NCBI GenBank assembly: GCA_963845185.1
Contig: CAWJRG010000009.1
Coordinates: forward strand, 352,001 to 416,000
Direction: 5' to 3'
Length of the DNA stretch: 64,000 nt
Origin: an uncultured bacterium
GTDB lineage: Bacteria; Oederibacteriota; PGYV01; CAWJRG01
Each line of letters starts with the position of its first letter. Position 1 is the first letter of the stretch. The notes beneath the pieces were generated by a model. That model did no database searches and had not been told where the DNA came from. It saw only the letters and a list, made by a program, of their open reading frames with translations. Made by a program: the position numbers and the translations under genes. Below, piece after piece: positions 1-11,012 of the stretch.

Positions 1-355
1 GGTTGACGTTGTAGTGTGCGACGGATTTGTAGGCAACGCGATTTTAAAGCTTGCCGAGGGGATAGCGGATTTGATAGTAAATATGTTAAAAAATAGTATT
101 AAAAATTTAAGCTTACGGGGTATGCTGGGAGCTCTGCTTCTAAAGCCGGTTTTTAGCGAGTTGAAAAAGAAGGTAAGCTATGACGAGTATGGAGGAGCGC
201 CGCTGCTTGGCGTAAAAAAACCGGTGATAATAACACACGGCAGCGCCACGGCCAAGGCAATAAAAAATTCAATTAAAGTAGCGGCTCAGTTCATCAGGCG
301 CCATATAAACGAAGAAATAGAACAGAAAATAAAAGAATACGGGGTGATTGAATGA
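1..355 (+). CDS. plsX: Phosphate acyltransferase PlsX, C-terminal part (5' truncated by window)
   Basis: VVCDGFVGN, YGGAPLLGV and HGS motifs; directly upstream of fabH. Confidence 0.93.
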   Translation, partial: VDVVVCDGFVGNAILKLAEGIADLIVNMLKNSIKNLSLRGMLGALLLKPVFSELKKKVSYDEYGGAPLLGVKKPVIITHGSATAKAIKNSIKVAAQFIRRHINEEIEQKIKEYGVIE

Positions 356-1338
356 TAAAAAAGGCTGCAATACTTGGCATAGGATATTATGTGCCTGAAA
401 AGATTCTTACCAATTTTGACCTAGAGAAAATCATGGATACAACTGACGAGTGGATATTCCGCCGTACAGGAATAAAAGAGCGGCATATATCGGCAAAAGA
501 CGAGCCGACTTCGGAACTGGCGGTCAGAGCAGCTGAAAAAGCTTTAAAAAACGCAGGCATCGAAAAGGAAGATATTGATTTAGTAATAATGGGAACATTA
601 ACTGGCGATTATGTCTGGCCGGCCACAGCCAATATAGTTGTCGATAAGATGGGTATAAACGGCGTGCCTTCCTTTGACATATCAGCCGCATGCTCAGCTT
701 TTGTTTACGGGTTGTCTATAGCAAAGGCATTTGTAGAGTCCGGTATTTATAAAAATATCCTACTTATTGCGGCTGATGAATTTGCGAAAGTCGCTGACTG
801 GAACGACAGGTCTACATGCGTACTTTTTGGAGACGGTGCAGGCGCGGCAATAATAGGCGAAAGCAGGAAAGACGGCGGAGAAATAATGTCCACTTACATC
901 GCTTCCGACGGCACAAAACTTCTATATCTTTTTCAACCTGGTGGCGGGACTGTTCACCAGTTCACGCAGGAGGTTCTTGATAAAAAAATGCAATTTTTGC
1001 AGATGAACGGCAAGGAAGTTTTTAAATCGGCTGTGGTTAAAATGCCGGAGGCCATGGAAAAAGCGATGCAAATAGCCGGAGTGACAGCCGAACAGATAGA
1101 TTATTTTATTTTTCATCAGGCGAATAAAAGGATAGTAGATGCCGTAGTAGAAAGGCTTAAATTAAACGAGAATAAAGTTATAATTAATATCCAGAAGTAC
1201 GCTAATACATCCGCTGCCACCATCCCCATAGCGATTGCCGAGGCAATCGAGCAGGGTAAAATAAAAAAAGGCCATCTTCTTGGTTTTTCAGCTTTAGGAG
1301 CAGGATTTACATGGGGAGCAGCTGTAGTAAGACTATAA
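352..1338 (+). CDS. fabH: 3-oxoacyl-ACP synthase III
   Basis: DISAACSAF catalytic Cys, LFGDGAGA, FHQAN, NTSAA motifs. Confidence 0.96.
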   Translation: MIKKAAILGIGYYVPEKILTNFDLEKIMDTTDEWIFRRTGIKERHISAKDEPTSELAVRAAEKALKNAGIEKEDIDLVIMGTLTGDYVWPATANIVVDKMGINGVPSFDISAACSAFVYGLSIAKAFVESGIYKNILLIAADEFAKVADWNDRSTCVLFGDGAGAAIIGESRKDGGEIMSTYIASDGTKLLYLFQPGGGTVHQFTQEVLDKKMQFLQMNGKEVFKSAVVKMPEAMEKAMQIAGVTAEQIDYFIFHQANKRIVDAVVERLKLNENKVIINIQKYANTSAATIPIAIAEAIEQGKIKKGHLLGFSALGAGFTWGAAVVRL

Positions 1339-1395
1339 TCTATTTGTTAAACATAATTTGAGGTTTTTCCAGATTGATAAAATAAATAATATCTA

Positions 1396-1492
1396 ATACC
1401 GCTTGTCCTCGGTATAGATACTTCGGACTTGAGCAGGTATAAAATAGCATAATATTTTGTCGTCGACTTTGGCTTGACAAAATAAACGCTAT
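1396..1492 (+). ncRNA. Candidate structured two-hairpin intergenic element, copy 1 (homologous to 50536-50634)
   Basis: Hairpin 1: ATACC-GCTT-GTCC...GGAC-TT-GAGC-A-GGTAT. Hairpin 2: ATAGC..TATTTTGTC...GACAAAATA..GCTAT. The second copy shows compensatory changes. Confidence 0.55.
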
Positions 1493-1506
1493 CTAAGGAG
1501 GCAATA

Positions 1507-2442
1507 ATGTCATTAGCGCTGGTATTTCCCGGCCAGGGCGCGCAGTCAGTAGGCATGGGAATTGAATTCTATGAAACAAATGAAAAGGCAAAGGCAATAT
1601 TTGAACAGGCAGATTTAATTCTGCGGGGGTCTCTTTCAATCAGCCTGAAACAAGTAATGTTTAAAGGGCCAGAAGAGGAATTAAAAAAAACAGATTATAC
1701 CCAGCCTGCGATTTTTACAATAAGTTGCGCAATATTTGAATCCTTTAAAGATAAATTTTCAGGCAAAGTATTCTTTACTGCTGGGCATTCGCTGGGTGAA
1801 TACAGCGCATTATACGCTGCAGGAGCCTTTGATTTTGAAACAGGAATCAAGCTCGTTAGCCGAAGAGGTGAATTGATGCAGGAAGCATCGGTCAAAAATA
1901 AGGGATCCATGGCAGCGGTACTCGGACTTGAAAAAGACCAGATATTAGCGTTATGCGAAAAAGTAAAATCTATAGGGTATATGGCGCCGGCAAATTTTAA
2001 CTCTCCGGGACAAATTGTGGTATCTGGCGATACTGCGGCAATAGAAGCCGGAGAAGCAATAGCAAAAGAACTCGGTGCAAAAAGATACATCAAACTTGCA
2101 GTGGCAGGAGCGTTTCATTCAAATCACATGCAAGCAGCAGCGGACGCTTTCGCAATGGAAGTGGACAGATATGATATAAAAGATATCAAAATTCCAGTGA
2201 TATCTAATTTTTACGCAAAAGAAGTCAGCAAAAAGGAAGAAATTAAGGACGCGTTAATAAAACAAATAACAGGATCGGTAAGGTGGATCGAAAGTACGGA
2301 ATACATGAAATCAAAAGGCGTTGATACTTTTATTGAACTTGGTCCTGGCACGGTGCTTTCGGGGCTTATAAAAAAGATTGACAAGAATTTAAAAGTATAT
2401 AACATAGAAAAGCCGACAGATGAGGCAAAGATAGTTTTATAA
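1507..2442 (+). CDS. fabD: Malonyl-CoA:ACP transacylase
   Basis: FPGQGAQ, GHSLGEY, GAFHS, ELGPG motifs; AAGGAGG RBS. Confidence 0.97.
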   Translation: MSLALVFPGQGAQSVGMGIEFYETNEKAKAIFEQADLILRGSLSISLKQVMFKGPEEELKKTDYTQPAIFTISCAIFESFKDKFSGKVFFTAGHSLGEYSALYAAGAFDFETGIKLVSRRGELMQEASVKNKGSMAAVLGLEKDQILALCEKVKSIGYMAPANFNSPGQIVVSGDTAAIEAGEAIAKELGAKRYIKLAVAGAFHSNHMQAAADAFAMEVDRYDIKDIKIPVISNFYAKEVSKKEEIKDALIKQITGSVRWIESTEYMKSKGVDTFIELGPGTVLSGLIKKIDKNLKVYNIEKPTDEAKIVL

Positions 2443-2462
2443 CAATAAACTAAAAAATAAAG

Positions 2463-3215
2463 GTGAAAAAAATGGGATTATTGGAAGGTAAAGTAGCACT
2501 TATTACAGGAGGGGCACAGGGAATAGGGGAGGCAATAGCCATGACCCTTGCGAAAGAGGGTGCGGCAATTGCTGTGGTTGACATAAATCCAGAAAAAGCG
2601 GCTGAAACAGCTGTAAAAATAAAAGCCTTAGGCGTTGATTCACAGGAATATAAGGCAGATGTATCAAATACATCAGAAGTCGAAACTGTCGTGGATAAAA
2701 TTATTGACAAATTTAAAAGGATTGATATACTTGTCAACAATGCCGGAATTACCAGGGATAATCTTATAATAAGGATGTCCGAGCAGGAATGGGATATGGT
2801 AATAGGCATAAACCTTAAAGGTGTGTTCAATTTTACTAAAGCTGTTTCAAAGGTAATGATGAAACAAAAATCAGGAAGTATAATCAACATATCCTCTGTT
2901 GTAGGAATTTTCGGCAACGCCGGCCAGATAAATTATTCGGCATCCAAAGCCGGAGTGATAGGCATGACTAAGACAGCGGCGAAAGAACTTGCTTCAAGAA
3001 ACATAAGGGTAAATGCAGTGGCGCCAGGATTTATCAAAACAGCGATGACGGACAAACTTACCGAAGAGCAAAAAGTCAAGCTCGCAGAGTATATACCGGC
3101 AAAAACGCTTGGAGAACCACAGGATGTCGCAAATGCGGTGCTTTTTTTAGCATCTTTAATGTCGTCATACATAACCGGAGAAGTTATAAGGGTTGATGGC
3201 GGAATGGCTATGTAA
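2463..3215 (+). CDS. fabG: 3-oxoacyl-ACP reductase
   Basis: TGGAQGIG, NNAGITRD, YSASK, PGFI; fab operon context. Confidence 0.96.
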   Translation: MKKMGLLEGKVALITGGAQGIGEAIAMTLAKEGAAIAVVDINPEKAAETAVKIKALGVDSQEYKADVSNTSEVETVVDKIIDKFKRIDILVNNAGITRDNLIIRMSEQEWDMVIGINLKGVFNFTKAVSKVMMKQKSGSIINISSVVGIFGNAGQINYSASKAGVIGMTKTAAKELASRNIRVNAVAPGFIKTAMTDKLTEEQKVKLAEYIPAKTLGEPQDVANAVLFLASLMSSYITGEVIRVDGGMAM

Positions 3216-3301
3216 ATGCGGATTGAGGTGTTAAAAGCTAAAGTTGTAAAATTCCCAATACTTAAAAAATGAGTTAAACCAATTCAAGGAGGTAATAAGA
3301 A

Positions 3302-3547
3302 ATGGCAGAAGAAAAGACAATTGAAGAAAGAGTAAAGAATGTTATTGTAGCGCAGCTTGGAGTAGACCCATCTGAAGTTAAGCCTGAAGCATCATACATT
3401 GACGATCTTGGCGCAGATTCCCTGGACACGGTCGAGCTTGTTATGGCGCTTGAGGAAGAGTTTGGGCTCGAAATACCTGACGAGGACGCAGAAAAAATCA
3501 GGTCAGTTGGTGAAACTATAGAGTACATTAAAGGAAAGACAGCGTAG
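3302..3547 (+). CDS. acpP: Acyl carrier protein
   Basis: [19 protein letters not shown]. Confidence 0.98.
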   Translation: MAEEKTIEERVKNVIVAQLGVDPSEVKPEASYIDDLGADSLDTVELVMALEEEFGLEIPDEDAEKIRSVGETIEYIKGKTA

Positions 3548-3582
3548 GGCTGTTTCTTAAAAAAAATTCAAACAAAATTTTT

Positions 3583-4821
3583 ATGAAAAAACGCATTGTT
3601 GTTACAGGCATGGGAACAATAACTCCCGTTGGAAACACAGTAAAAGACACATGGGAATCACTTCTTGCCGGAAAATCGGGGATAGGGCAAATAACTATTT
3701 TTGACTCATCCCAGCATGATGTCCATATAGCGGGTGAAATAAAGAATTTCGACCCACTTGAAGTGCTTGAGAAAAAGGAATTAAAAAGGATACCCAGGTT
3801 CATACAGTACGCGCTTAAAGCTTCAAAAGAAGCCATTGAGATGTCAAAACTTGACCTTGCTACCATAAATAAAGACAGAGTTGCAGTGCTTATCGGTTCG
3901 GGCATAGGCGGCTTGAATGTTATAGAAGAGCAACAGACCGTATTTTTACAGAAGGGGCCAGGAAGAGTTTCGCCCTTCCTAATTCCCATGCTTATTCCAA
4001 ACATGGCAGCGGCATTTGTTTCAATAAAATACGGTTTCCGGGGGCCAAATTTTACTATAGTTACGGCATGTGCTACGGGCTCGCATTCAATAGGCGAAGC
4101 CTTTAAGTTGATACAAAGGGGCGATGCGGATATAGCTTTGGCAGGAGGCGTGGAGGGTGCACTGACGCCTCTGGGACTGGCAGGTTTCTGCGCCGCGCGA
4201 AGTTTGTCGACAAGAAACAATGAGCCCGAAAAAGCTTCACGTCCGTTTGATAAAGACAGGGATGGATTTGTTATGTCGGACGGCGGTGGTGTAATTGTAC
4301 TTGAAACCCTGGAGGGAGCGCTTGCGCGAGGCGCCGAAATACTGGGCGAGATTGCCGGTTACGGCGCATCCGACGATGCTTTTCATATGACAGCACCTCC
4401 TGAAAACGGCGAGGGAGGAGCGCTTGCGATGTCAAATGCTATAAACGACGCTGAGATAAAACCGGAAGATATAAATTACATTAATGCACATGGTACATCG
4501 ACTTTGATAGGGGACATAGCGGAAACAAGGGGAATTAAATCAGTTTTCGGCAGCCACGCAAAAAAAGTGGCGATAAATTCTACGAAATCAATGACAGGGC
4601 ATATGCTCGGAGGCACGGGTGCAGTTGAGTTTATTGTTACAATGTTGTCAATAAAAAACAATATTGTTCATCCCACAATAAACCTCGACAATCCGGATCC
4701 TGAATTAGACCTTGATTATGTGCCTAAAGTAAAAAGGGATATGGAAGTAAATTACGGGTTGTCAAATTCATTCGGGTTCGGCGGACACAACGCCACATTA
4801 ATAGCCAAAAAATACAGATGA
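3583..4821 (+). CDS. fabF: 3-oxoacyl-ACP synthase II
   Basis: TACATG, NAHGTST, KSMTGHMLG, NSFGFGGHN. Confidence 0.97.
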   Translation: MKKRIVVTGMGTITPVGNTVKDTWESLLAGKSGIGQITIFDSSQHDVHIAGEIKNFDPLEVLEKKELKRIPRFIQYALKASKEAIEMSKLDLATINKDRVAVLIGSGIGGLNVIEEQQTVFLQKGPGRVSPFLIPMLIPNMAAAFVSIKYGFRGPNFTIVTACATGSHSIGEAFKLIQRGDADIALAGGVEGALTPLGLAGFCAARSLSTRNNEPEKASRPFDKDRDGFVMSDGGGVIVLETLEGALARGAEILGEIAGYGASDDAFHMTAPPENGEGGALAMSNAINDAEIKPEDINYINAHGTSTLIGDIAETRGIKSVFGSHAKKVAINSTKSMTGHMLGGTGAVEFIVTMLSIKNNIVHPTINLDNPDPELDLDYVPKVKRDMEVNYGLSNSFGFGGHNATLIAKKYR

Positions 4822-5516
4822 TCTGGAACAAAAACTCAAATTACCTTGAAAATTACCTCAAAAAAAACAAATTATTTAGCACTGATGAAATACGGCATGC
4901 CCTGACGCATAAGTCTATTAACATGGAAAACTACGAAAAACTTGAATTTTTAGGCGATTCAATACTTAACCTTATAATAAGCGAGTTTTTGTATAAAAAT
5001 AGGCCTGAGTTTGACGTGGGCGAGCTGGCAAAAATAAAAAGTTACCTTGTCAGCAAAGAAGTGCTTTTTAAACTGGGACGGAACAACAACGTTATCAATT
5101 ACCTGAAATTCAGCAAGGCATTAAGCAAAAAAGAAGTTGGAAATAATAAAAAGATAATCAGTGACGCGGTTGAGTCGCTGCTGGGTGCTTTATACATGAC
5201 AAAAGGTTTTGATACAACAAGGGAAATAATACTTAATATTTTTGAAAAAGAGCTCAAATTGGTTAAGGAAAAAGGATATTCCGGCGATTACAAGTCCGAG
5301 CTGCAGATGAAGACTCTGGGTGCTTTCAGCCAACTTCCTGAATATTCAGTAGTAAAAACCGAAGGCGAGGAACACAGAAAGATTTTTTACGTGAATGTAT
5401 CGTTAAAAGGCAAGGTTATAGGCCACGGGAAAGGCAAGTCGATAAAGGATGCGGAAAAAATCGCAGCAGGTGAGGCTTTAAATAATTCGATATTTAAAGG
5501 AGGTATTGAAAAGTGA
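4818..5516 (+). CDS. rnc: Ribonuclease III
   Basis: ALTHKS, EKLEFLGDS, DAVESLLGA and a C-terminal dsRBD (DYKSELQ...GKSIKDAEKIAA). Confidence 0.95.
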   Translation: MIWNKNSNYLENYLKKNKLFSTDEIRHALTHKSINMENYEKLEFLGDSILNLIISEFLYKNRPEFDVGELAKIKSYLVSKEVLFKLGRNNNVINYLKFSKALSKKEVGNNKKIISDAVESLLGALYMTKGFDTTREIILNIFEKELKLVKEKGYSGDYKSELQMKTLGAFSQLPEYSVVKTEGEEHRKIFYVNVSLKGKVIGHGKGKSIKDAEKIAAGEALNNSIFKGGIEK

Positions 5517-6685
5517 ATTATTTTCTTACAGAAGAACAACAAATGATAATTGATACGGCAAGGGAACTTGCGCAAAAAAAGATAAAACCAGTCAGAGAAA
5601 AATATGATGAGGAAGGAATATTTCCGTGGGACATAGTAAAAGAAATGTCCGACGCCGGATTGATGGGGCTTTACATACCGGAGGAATACGGCGGCATGGC
5701 AAAAACAGGAGAGCACGGGATCATGAATTTATGCCTCGCGGTGGAAGAACTCAGTAAAGTATGCGGCGGAATATCGCTGGCGATGGCAGCCACGGCACTC
5801 GGAACCTTCCCAATTTTACTTTTTGGAAGTGATGAGCAGAAGAAAAAATACCTTCCTGACATAGCTTCCGGTAAAAAGCTCGCGGCTTTTGCGCTCACTG
5901 AAGCTGGAGCAGGCAGCGACGCGGGAAACATGCTTACCACAGCGAAAAAAGACGGGGATAATTATATTTTAAACGGCACGAAACAGTGGATAACAAACGG
6001 CGGTGAAGCAGAAATATATTCCGTAATCGCGATGACAAATAAAGCAAAAGGAACCCGCGGCGCCACGGCCTTTATTATAGAAAAAGGAACGCCGGGTTTT
6101 ACATTCGGGAAAAAGGAAAATAAAATGGGCATAAGGGCTTCGGCAACGAGGGAGCTTGTGTTTCAGGACTGCAAAGTGCCGGCTTCAAGCATACTGGCAA
6201 AAGAAGGCATGGGATTTATTGTTGCTGTGAATACACTGAATAATTCAAGACCTGGAGTTGCGGCACAAGCGCTGGGCATTGCAGCAGGCGCACTTGAAGA
6301 AGCCCTACAGTATTCGCGTCAGAGGATACAATTTGGGCATACGATATCATCAATTCAGGCAGTACAGCATATGCTGGCGAACATGGCGGTAGAAGTTGAA
6401 GCGGCGCGTGCACTTCTTTATTCCACGGCAAAAACAATAGACGCGGGAGCTGAAGGCTTTGCAAAAGAATCGGCAATGTCAAAATATTTCGCCGCGGAAG
6501 TGGCAATGAGGGTTACAACGAACGCGGTGCAGGTAATGGGCGGTTACGGATATATGAAGGAATACCCTGTAGAGAAAATGATGAGGGACGCTAAAATAAC
6601 CCAAATATACGAGGGTACGAGCCAGATACAGTTAAACGAGATAGCATTGCAAATGATAAAGGAAGCGGCGCAGAGGAAAAAATAA
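5513..6685 (+). CDS. Acyl-CoA dehydrogenase (butyryl-CoA dehydrogenase-like)
   Basis: FALTEAGAGSDA, GTKQWITN, QVMGGYGY, IYEGTSQIQ; followed by etfBA. Confidence 0.93.
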   Translation: MNYFLTEEQQMIIDTARELAQKKIKPVREKYDEEGIFPWDIVKEMSDAGLMGLYIPEEYGGMAKTGEHGIMNLCLAVEELSKVCGGISLAMAATALGTFPILLFGSDEQKKKYLPDIASGKKLAAFALTEAGAGSDAGNMLTTAKKDGDNYILNGTKQWITNGGEAEIYSVIAMTNKAKGTRGATAFIIEKGTPGFTFGKKENKMGIRASATRELVFQDCKVPASSILAKEGMGFIVAVNTLNNSRPGVAAQALGIAAGALEEALQYSRQRIQFGHTISSIQAVQHMLANMAVEVEAARALLYSTAKTIDAGAEGFAKESAMSKYFAAEVAMRVTTNAVQVMGGYGYMKEYPVEKMMRDAKITQIYEGTSQIQLNEIALQMIKEAAQRKK

Positions 6686-6798
6686 TTAGTGTTTGATAGG
6701 CGATAAAGGAAAAGTAAAAGGTGAAAAAAGACAGTTGATAGAGTATAGATTAAGGTTAAAATTATATAAACTTTCAAGTTTAAATAGGAGTTCAAACC

Positions 6799-7587
6799 AT
6801 GGATATAGTAGTTTGCGTAAAGCAGGTTCCTGACACCACGAATATAACAGTTAATCCTGAAACAGGAACTTTAAAAAGAGAAACAGCAGGCACAATATTA
6901 AACCCTTTTGACTTGTACGCCATAGAGGAAGGTTTGAGGATAAAGGAAAAGCTCGGCGGCAAGGTGACTGTAATAACTATGGGCCCTCCCATGTCCAAGG
7001 AAATATTAAAAACAGCTATAGCTATGGGTGTCGATGAGGCTGTTTTAATTTCAGACAGGCGCGTGGCAGGTTCGGATACATGGGCGACGTCTTATGTGCT
7101 TTCAAAAGCAATACAGAAGCTTGGATTTAATCTTGTGCTCTTCGGCAAACAGGCAATAGACGGAGATACTGCGCAGGTAGGTCCGTCAACAGCCGAATTT
7201 TTAAAAATTCCTTGCATAACATGGGTAAAAAAAATAAGGGAAATATCAGACAAGGAAATGGTAGCTGAAATGATGATGGAAGACGGAGTGGACGTTGTTA
7301 AAGTTTCAATTCCTGCCGCAATTACAGTAGTGAAAGACATTAATTCGCCGCGGCTTGAATCTTTAAAAGGTAAAATGAGGGCAAAAAAATACGAGCCTGC
7401 CACATGGACGCTTGATGATATAGGCGGGGAAGAAGCCAAAGCAGGCTTGAAAGGCTCGCCCACGAGGGTCAAGCAGACTTGGTCCCCACAGAGGGATTTT
7501 GGGCATGCGGAAATTTTCCAGGGTGAAACAGAAGAAAAAGTCACGAAGTTGTATGATAAATTAAAATCCATGGGATTTATCAAGTGA
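6799..7587 (+). CDS. etfB: Electron transfer flavoprotein beta subunit
   Basis: CVKQVPDT, NPFDLYAIE, GKQAIDGDTAQVGP, GLKGSPT. Confidence 0.96.
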   Translation: MDIVVCVKQVPDTTNITVNPETGTLKRETAGTILNPFDLYAIEEGLRIKEKLGGKVTVITMGPPMSKEILKTAIAMGVDEAVLISDRRVAGSDTWATSYVLSKAIQKLGFNLVLFGKQAIDGDTAQVGPSTAEFLKIPCITWVKKIREISDKEMVAEMMMEDGVDVVKVSIPAAITVVKDINSPRLESLKGKMRAKKYEPATWTLDDIGGEEAKAGLKGSPTRVKQTWSPQRDFGHAEIFQGETEEKVTKLYDKLKSMGFIK

Positions 7588-7602
7588 TTAAGGAGGCTTT
7601 AC

Positions 7603-8610
7603 ATGGCTGAAATAACAAAAGAAAACTGCAAAGGCGTATGGGTTGTAGCGGAGCAGAGGAAAAACGAATATCATAATGTAACATTTGAACTTTTGGGCAA
7701 GGCCAGGGAGCTTGCGGATATTTTAAAAGAAGAGCTTGCAGCTGTTCTCATAGGCGAAAACGTAAAGAGCATGGCAGCTGAACTGGTAAAATATGGCGCC
7801 GACAAAGTATATGTTATAGATCACGCCAAACTTAAAGACTATAACGACGAACTTTACTCAGAAGCGCTTAGCGACCTCGCAAAACAATACAAACCAAGCA
7901 TAATGATTACAGGTGCGACAGCAATCGGCAGGTCTTTTTTTCCGAGAGTATCAATAAAACTTGAGGCGGGCCTGACAGCTGACTGCACCGCCTTTGAAAT
8001 AGACCCAGAAACAAAAAATCTGTTTCAGATAAGGCCTGCTTTCGGTGGAAACCTCATGGCAAAAATTATGACTCCTGACAGGAGGCCGCAGATGGCAACT
8101 GCAAGGTATAAAGTATTCAAGCCGCTTGCGATTGACGAGGCGAGAAAAGGCGAGATAATAGATGCAAAAATTCCTGTGGATACATATAAAACATCAAGCC
8201 AGATGCTTGAATTTATAGAGGAAGTTGAGACAACCGTAAACCTGTCAGAGGCCGATATTATAGTTTCCGGAGGCAGGGGAATCGGAGGCGCAGAAAATTT
8301 TAAAATAATAAGGGAGCTGGCAGAAGCCATTCAGGGCGCTGTGGGTGCTTCAAGGGCGGCTGTTGATTCAGGCTGGATACCTTATTCGCACCAGGTAGGC
8401 CAGACAGGCAAAACAGTTTCACCCAAGATTTATATTGCGTGCGGCATTTCAGGCGCGGTCCAGCACCTCGCAGGCATGTCATCATCGGACATTATTGTTG
8501 CTATTAATAAAGACCCGGAGGCCCCGATATTTTCAGTGGCAAAATACGGAATTGTTGGGGATATTTTTGAGATAGTCCCTGCGCTGACAAGGAAAATTAA
8601 GGGAGCGTAA
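7603..8610 (+). CDS. etfA: Electron transfer flavoprotein alpha subunit
   Basis: [33 protein letters not shown]. Confidence 0.96.
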   Translation: MAEITKENCKGVWVVAEQRKNEYHNVTFELLGKARELADILKEELAAVLIGENVKSMAAELVKYGADKVYVIDHAKLKDYNDELYSEALSDLAKQYKPSIMITGATAIGRSFFPRVSIKLEAGLTADCTAFEIDPETKNLFQIRPAFGGNLMAKIMTPDRRPQMATARYKVFKPLAIDEARKGEIIDAKIPVDTYKTSSQMLEFIEEVETTVNLSEADIIVSGGRGIGGAENFKIIRELAEAIQGAVGASRAAVDSGWIPYSHQVGQTGKTVSPKIYIACGISGAVQHLAGMSSSDIIVAINKDPEAPIFSVAKYGIVGDIFEIVPALTRKIKGA

Positions 8611-8611
8611 A

Positions 8612-9217
8612 ATGGCGAAAAAACCTTTCTGGGAAAAAGCATATAAGGATGCTTCAGTCAGCACATTCGGCAAACCAAGCGATGAGTTTAACTCGCTAGT
8701 TAAAAAGCTTCCGCAAGGCGCGAAAGTGCTCGACCTTGGCGCAGGCGATGGAAGGAATGCGATTTTTCTTGCAAAAAAAGGTTTTGATGTTACTGCAGTT
8801 GATGTTTCCGAAGCGGGGATAAAAAAACTCGAAAAGATTGCAGGGGAAAAAGGCGCTAAGGTAAAAACAAAAGTACAGGATATGAGGGAATTTAAATTTG
8901 ATGAACAATATGATCTTATAATATCCCATGGCTGCCTTCACATGATTGAAAGAAAAGAATGGCAGAAACTGATTGAACGGATAAGGGAAAACACAAAGCT
9001 TGGTGGTTATAACGTAATACTGGTTTTTACAGATAAAATTGAACCTTCGAAAAATTTAAAGGAATTTATGGTTGGACTTTTCAGGGAAGGCGAAATTTTT
9101 AGCTTGTATTCGGACTGGGAAATAATACAGCAAAAAAGTTATGTTTTTAACGACAAACATCCCGGGGGAGTAAGGCATACACATTCTGTTAATAAGATAG
9201 TGGCAAAAAAAATATAA
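8612..9217 (+). CDS. Class I SAM-dependent methyltransferase (TehB-like)
   Basis: [16 protein letters not shown] motif I; GGYN. Confidence 0.85.
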   Translation: MAKKPFWEKAYKDASVSTFGKPSDEFNSLVKKLPQGAKVLDLGAGDGRNAIFLAKKGFDVTAVDVSEAGIKKLEKIAGEKGAKVKTKVQDMREFKFDEQYDLIISHGCLHMIERKEWQKLIERIRENTKLGGYNVILVFTDKIEPSKNLKEFMVGLFREGEIFSLYSDWEIIQQKSYVFNDKHPGGVRHTHSVNKIVAKKI

Positions 9218-11012
9218 TTTTTTCTTTTTTGGGGAAACAAACAAACCTATCAACACACAATAGTGTACATTAACCCCTTTGCATCGCCCTTTATTTTTTG
9301 CTAAATAAGGTGTATAATTGAAATAGAAAGGAGGTTAAAAAGAATGGTTAGGCACGCTTTAAATCTTCCACTTATCTATAAGCCGAAAACCTCAAAAAAC
9401 ACCACCCCGTTACAGCATTTAAAAAAGCCACACATATTTATAATATCCCTGCTTTTTATTGTCAGCATCGCATTGCCTGTTTATGTTTACGGCGACGACG
9501 TCTGGGCCGATTTCTTCGGCACATCAAGCACATCAGGCACGTGGGATACAGGCACAAGATATAACCCAAATACAACAATGAAACCGCCTCTTGTATTATT
9601 ATGGCAGAGTTACGACTGGAGAGGAAATACAATTAATGTTAATCCAACATGGAATGGCGCAAGTATAGTAAATGGAGTTGTATATTATGGTGAAGGCTCT
9701 CAAATTGGTATTCCACCCGGCTATTTATGGGCATGGGACAGCGCAACCGGAATTACAAAAACAGGTTTTCCTTTACAAACTTTAAACGGCATAGGCGATA
9801 CGCCTTGTATATTAGGAGAATATATCGGAGCAGGAACACTTCCTATAGAGGGTACTGGTAATAATTATTTATGGGATAGTTTAAGTTTAAATATAATTTC
9901 TGGATTTCCCGTTACAGTAGCTGCAAATACGGAAATTGAAGGTAGCCCGATTATACAAAATAATAGAATATATTTTTGTAATGGTGATACTGTCGGCACT
10001 AATAATTATTATTTATATTGTTATGACACAACAACCGGGAATTTAATATATAAAAATCCATTGCCTGCGTATGGCTCGGATTCAACGCCGTTTATTTATC
10101 AGGGCAAAATAATAATAACAAACTGGAACACAGGGCTTCGTGTATATTGTTTCAATGAATCCGACGGAAGCACGGTGCCGGGATATCCTTTGCAATTATC
10201 CGCAAACGGCGGGACAAACGCCTCGCCGGTCGTATATAACAACCGGATATATATTGATTCCGGAGAGGCGTTTTGGGCAATTGACATAAACACGGCTACA
10301 GTGCCAGCGCCTTTTCCGCTGACAATCACAGGCGGCAATATGTCCTCAACAATCGCGGCAGGGAATGGAAAAGTATATTTTGGGACAGCAGGCGGTTATA
10401 TATATGGAAATTATTTATACGGAATTGACGCGACAACAGGAGCAAATATTGCGGGTTTTCCTGTTACGCTTAACGGCAGCGCCAACATAGACGGCCCGAT
10501 AACTCTTGCAAACGGCGTGGCATATTTTGGAACTGATGAAAATAAAGTTTATGCCGTTGACGCGAATAACGGAACAAATTTATGGAGTTATCAATTGCCT
10601 GCGGGCATTGGTTATAGTGGTATTCAGTACATAATGGCGTCGGTTGCAGAAAATAAACTGGCAGTAACTAGTGTAAGTGGAAACGGGGTTTTTGTATTTT
10701 GTATGCCAAGCCCGACAATAACGCCGACAATAACTGAAACAGCAACACCAACTATGACCGAAACCATAACGCCTACTATGACTTACACAAACACATCTAC
10801 TTTGACCGGTACTTATACAATAACAGCCACGATTACGCAAAGCCAGACAATCTCACAGACAACGACAGAAACAATTACGCCGACAATATCAATGACATCA
10901 ACAATAACTCAAACTCTGATAATATGTTAAGTGTTTATTAGAATGCACGTGGGTTCCAAATCTTTGTTAAAATAGTTATGCGAGTAACAAAATAACAAAG
11001 GAGGAACCACAC

